A DNA stretch of 46,195 nt, taken from IMG/VR virus record IMGVR_UViG_3300037790_000023, positions 1 to 46,195 of that record, one strand, 5' to 3'. Of the stretch, positions 44,101-46,195 are shown piece after piece. This stretch comes from a virus (lineage: Duplodnaviria; Caudoviricetes). Every line of letters starts with the position of its first letter. Position 1 is the stretch's first letter. A program made the translations under genes and the position numbers. A model generated the notes under the pieces. The model made no database searches, had not been told where the DNA came from, and worked only from the letters and a program-made list of their open reading frames with translations.

Positions 44101-44658
44101 TTACTGATTTAATTTTAACTCTCTAAAATTCCTTCGAGCCGCTTTTATTCGATTGAGGTGTTTAGCCTTTAGCCAACCTTCGATAATATGCGATTCATGC
44201 AATACTTTTTCGCTTTGATGCAGGAGTAGTAGGGAATTATTAGCCAGTTTTGCGATTAACCTTTCGTAATGGTCACGCTGTATCTCAAAGCGTCTGTTTG
44301 AGCGTTCCTGACTGAGTACCTCGTAATTATACTTTCGGTTAAGGAGCGGAGCAATGTTTATTTGGTAGTCTGCTATTAATTGATTAATTTCAGATGCAAA
44401 GTCACGTTCCGTATCTATCAAATTATTGATAGTTTTCATGCTATGTAGCACCGTTGCATGGTCTTTCCCGCCAATATGAGAGCCTATTTCCTGTAGCGAA
44501 AATTTGGTAACTTTTTTTGATAACCAATGTGCGATTTGACGCGGCCTGATTATCTCCCTTTTTCGGGTGTTCAGATTCAATAATTCAGGGCTTATCTTGT
44601 ACCTGCTCGCCACAAATTCAACAATTATTTTTAAATCTTTATTTACTGCCTGTGCCAT
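44101..44658 (-). CDS. Protein with DnaA C-terminal (domain IV) HTH
   Basis: RKREIIRPRQIAHWL..SLQEIG..GGKDHATVLHS. Confidence 0.85.
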   Translation of the reverse strand: MAQAVNKDLKIIVEFVASRYKISPELLNLNTRKREIIRPRQIAHWLSKKVTKFSLQEIGSHIGGKDHATVLHSMKTINNLIDTERDFASEINQLIADYQINIAPLLNRKYNYEVLSQERSNRRFEIQRDHYERLIAKLANNSLLLLHQSEKVLHESHIIEGWLKAKHLNRIKAARRNFRELKLNQ

Positions 44659-44672
44659 AATGTAAGTGTTAT

Positions 44673-44903
44673 TTATGCGGCCACTAATCTGTAAGCCGTG
44701 TCGTATCTTTTTTTAACTAATTTCTTGCAACTAATCTCTATCACATTGTTTCGCTTCAATGTGTTGATTCTACCTCTAACTTTCAACTTGTCAATCCTTA
44801 GCCGTGATGCAATTTCGGTTACTGTAAAATCTTCTTGAGGGTATCTCTTAAAACATCTTTCTACTCTCGCTAAATCTGTCATATTAGCCACTCTTTTAGC
44901 CAT
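44673..44903 (-). CDS. Winged-helix protein
   Basis: FTVTEIASRLRIDKLKVRGRINTL. Confidence 0.65.
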   Translation of the reverse strand: MAKRVANMTDLARVERCFKRYPQEDFTVTEIASRLRIDKLKVRGRINTLKRNNVIEISCKKLVKKRYDTAYRLVAA

Positions 44904-45036
44904 AGTTTAATTACTGTTTTGATGTTACTAAATATGTCTATAATGATGCTTTTACAGATGAAGAATAAGCCAACTATTCCAAATACTATAAATACACCAA
45001 AAAACACCATACAACCGATAATAAAATACTCCATAG

Positions 45037-45426
45037 CTATTGGGTTTTGTATTCTGTTTTCACCTCTGAGATTATAAGTTTAGCCTTTACTTTATTAATC
45101 TCTTTAGCCAGCCTTTCTTCCAGTAATTCCAAAAAGGTTTTAGGCTCTTTAGTGGCAACCCATGAATAGAATTTATACGCGGTGTTTGGATATTTGCCCT
45201 CCATTACACTACCACCTGACACAACCTGACCTACCTTGTGCATTTCTGATAACCTTCTACGGCACTCTACATAATTGATATTAAGGATAGGCTCTAAGTC
45301 CCGCGCGGTGTATGCTGTGTGCCTATGGGTGTGCAGGTAGCTTAATATCTCATTCGCGTGTTGCTTCCTTTCTGATTCTGATTTTTTACGAGCCTCGATA
45401 CTGTTTTGGTTTACTTTTCTTGTCAT
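45037..45426 (-). CDS. Winged-helix protein
   Basis: YTARDL..INY..CRRRLSEM. Confidence 0.65.
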   Translation of the reverse strand: MTRKVNQNSIEARKKSESERKQHANEILSYLHTHRHTAYTARDLEPILNINYVECRRRLSEMHKVGQVVSGGSVMEGKYPNTAYKFYSWVATKEPKTFLELLEERLAKEINKVKAKLIISEVKTEYKTQ

Positions 45427-45771
45427 TTTGATTTGCTTTTTTTAGTTAGAACCTATGAACAAATGCGGGTCGTTATCATCTATATCATCGTTGCTATTGA
45501 ATAGGTCGAACCTTTTGAAGAGATAGATTAACATAACTACCACCAGTATAAAAATGATAGCAAATGCTATTAATAATGTCCCGCTTTCGCTTTCCTGATT
45601 TTCGATTAAGTTTGGATTCATTGATTTGATTGTTTTTAAAAACCCCGCGCTCCTTACTGTTTCTACGTTAATATTTATTTATTAATTAAAAACACGCGGG
45701 GTTCTTGGTTTAAAATGATGCGTATAAATTACCTCCTACTGCTATAGGAGTTTCGGTTTCTTTTTCGTTCA

Positions 45772-46195
45772 TTAAGCTGACTTTTGGAACTCAGGTATAA
45801 CAGATAATGAAAGGTCGTTTAGATACTCTCTACAGTTTTTAATCTGTAGGTAAAGTGCATCTAACATTGATTGGTCTTTTTGCACCTGAAAGATTTTAAC
45901 TCTTAGCTCTTTAGGTATCTCTACAAAGTCACTAAACCATTCTCTGTAAACCGTTGAAGATTGCTGGCAGAAACTATCTAATCCCTCATGTGTGAAGATG
46001 TGTTTTGAAACTAACTCAATTACAAAGTCCTGACTATCTTTTTTCACTTCACCATCTACGGTTAGTATATTGTGCTTCCAGTCAGCCCTTCTTATTTCAT
46101 CTTCAATAAGATTAAAGGGAGTGTCAACAAGGCAATAGATCAACTCAGCTTCATTAAACCCCCATAAATCCATATACCCATGTAGCTGCCACAAG
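45772..46195 (-). CDS. YqaJ-like exonuclease, C-terminal part (truncated by the window edge)
   Basis: WQLHGYMDL..AELIYCLVDTP. Confidence 0.65.
   Translation of the reverse strand, partial: LWQLHGYMDLWGFNEAELIYCLVDTPFNLIEDEIRRADWKHNILTVDGEVKKDSQDFVIELVSKHIFTHEGLDSFCQQSSTVYREWFSDFVEIPKELRVKIFQVQKDQSMLDALYLQIKNCREYLNDLSLSVIPEFQKSA

Larger units (their letters stand above)
1527..46195. mobile_element. Prophage (siphovirus-like, Bacteroidota host), extends beyond the right edge
   Basis: att fragment plus terminase, portal, protease, capsid, tail, lysis and replication genes; TAnnTTTG promoters. Confidence 0.95.

Overview
Host gene end followed by the left ~45 kb of a Bacteroidota-type siphovirus-like prophage. 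Bases 1-1332 are the 3' part of a host gene for a T9SS-secreted protein. A 3' fragment of tRNA-Pro(TGG) at 1475-1526 marks the att end, and the prophage continues past the right edge. On the minus strand lie replication/recombination genes (39.3-46.2 kb), a glycosyltransferase, ECF-like sigma factor and sulfotransferase-like gene, terminase, head/tail genes, three signal-peptide-bearing fibre/glycosidase genes and a lysis module. The main discovery is an integron-like cassette array inside the prophage (2.6-6.8 kb): nine imperfect hairpin sites (YAAC...GTTR) whose outer flanks pair cassette by cassette, ending at an attI-like half site 37 bp before a tyrosine recombinase that lacks the IntI-specific insertion. 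Cassette genes read toward the recombinase and several start inside their own recombination site. One cassette holds a 4-gene operon in the hairpin loop, and two decayed cassettes lie elsewhere in the phage. Also seen: a five-copy CTAACA-N14-CGTTAATT late-promoter motif, a -1 slippery site in a chaperone-like gene pair, origin iterons, and homology between the host gene beside att and a prophage glycoside hydrolase. All calls are by eye; no searches were run.
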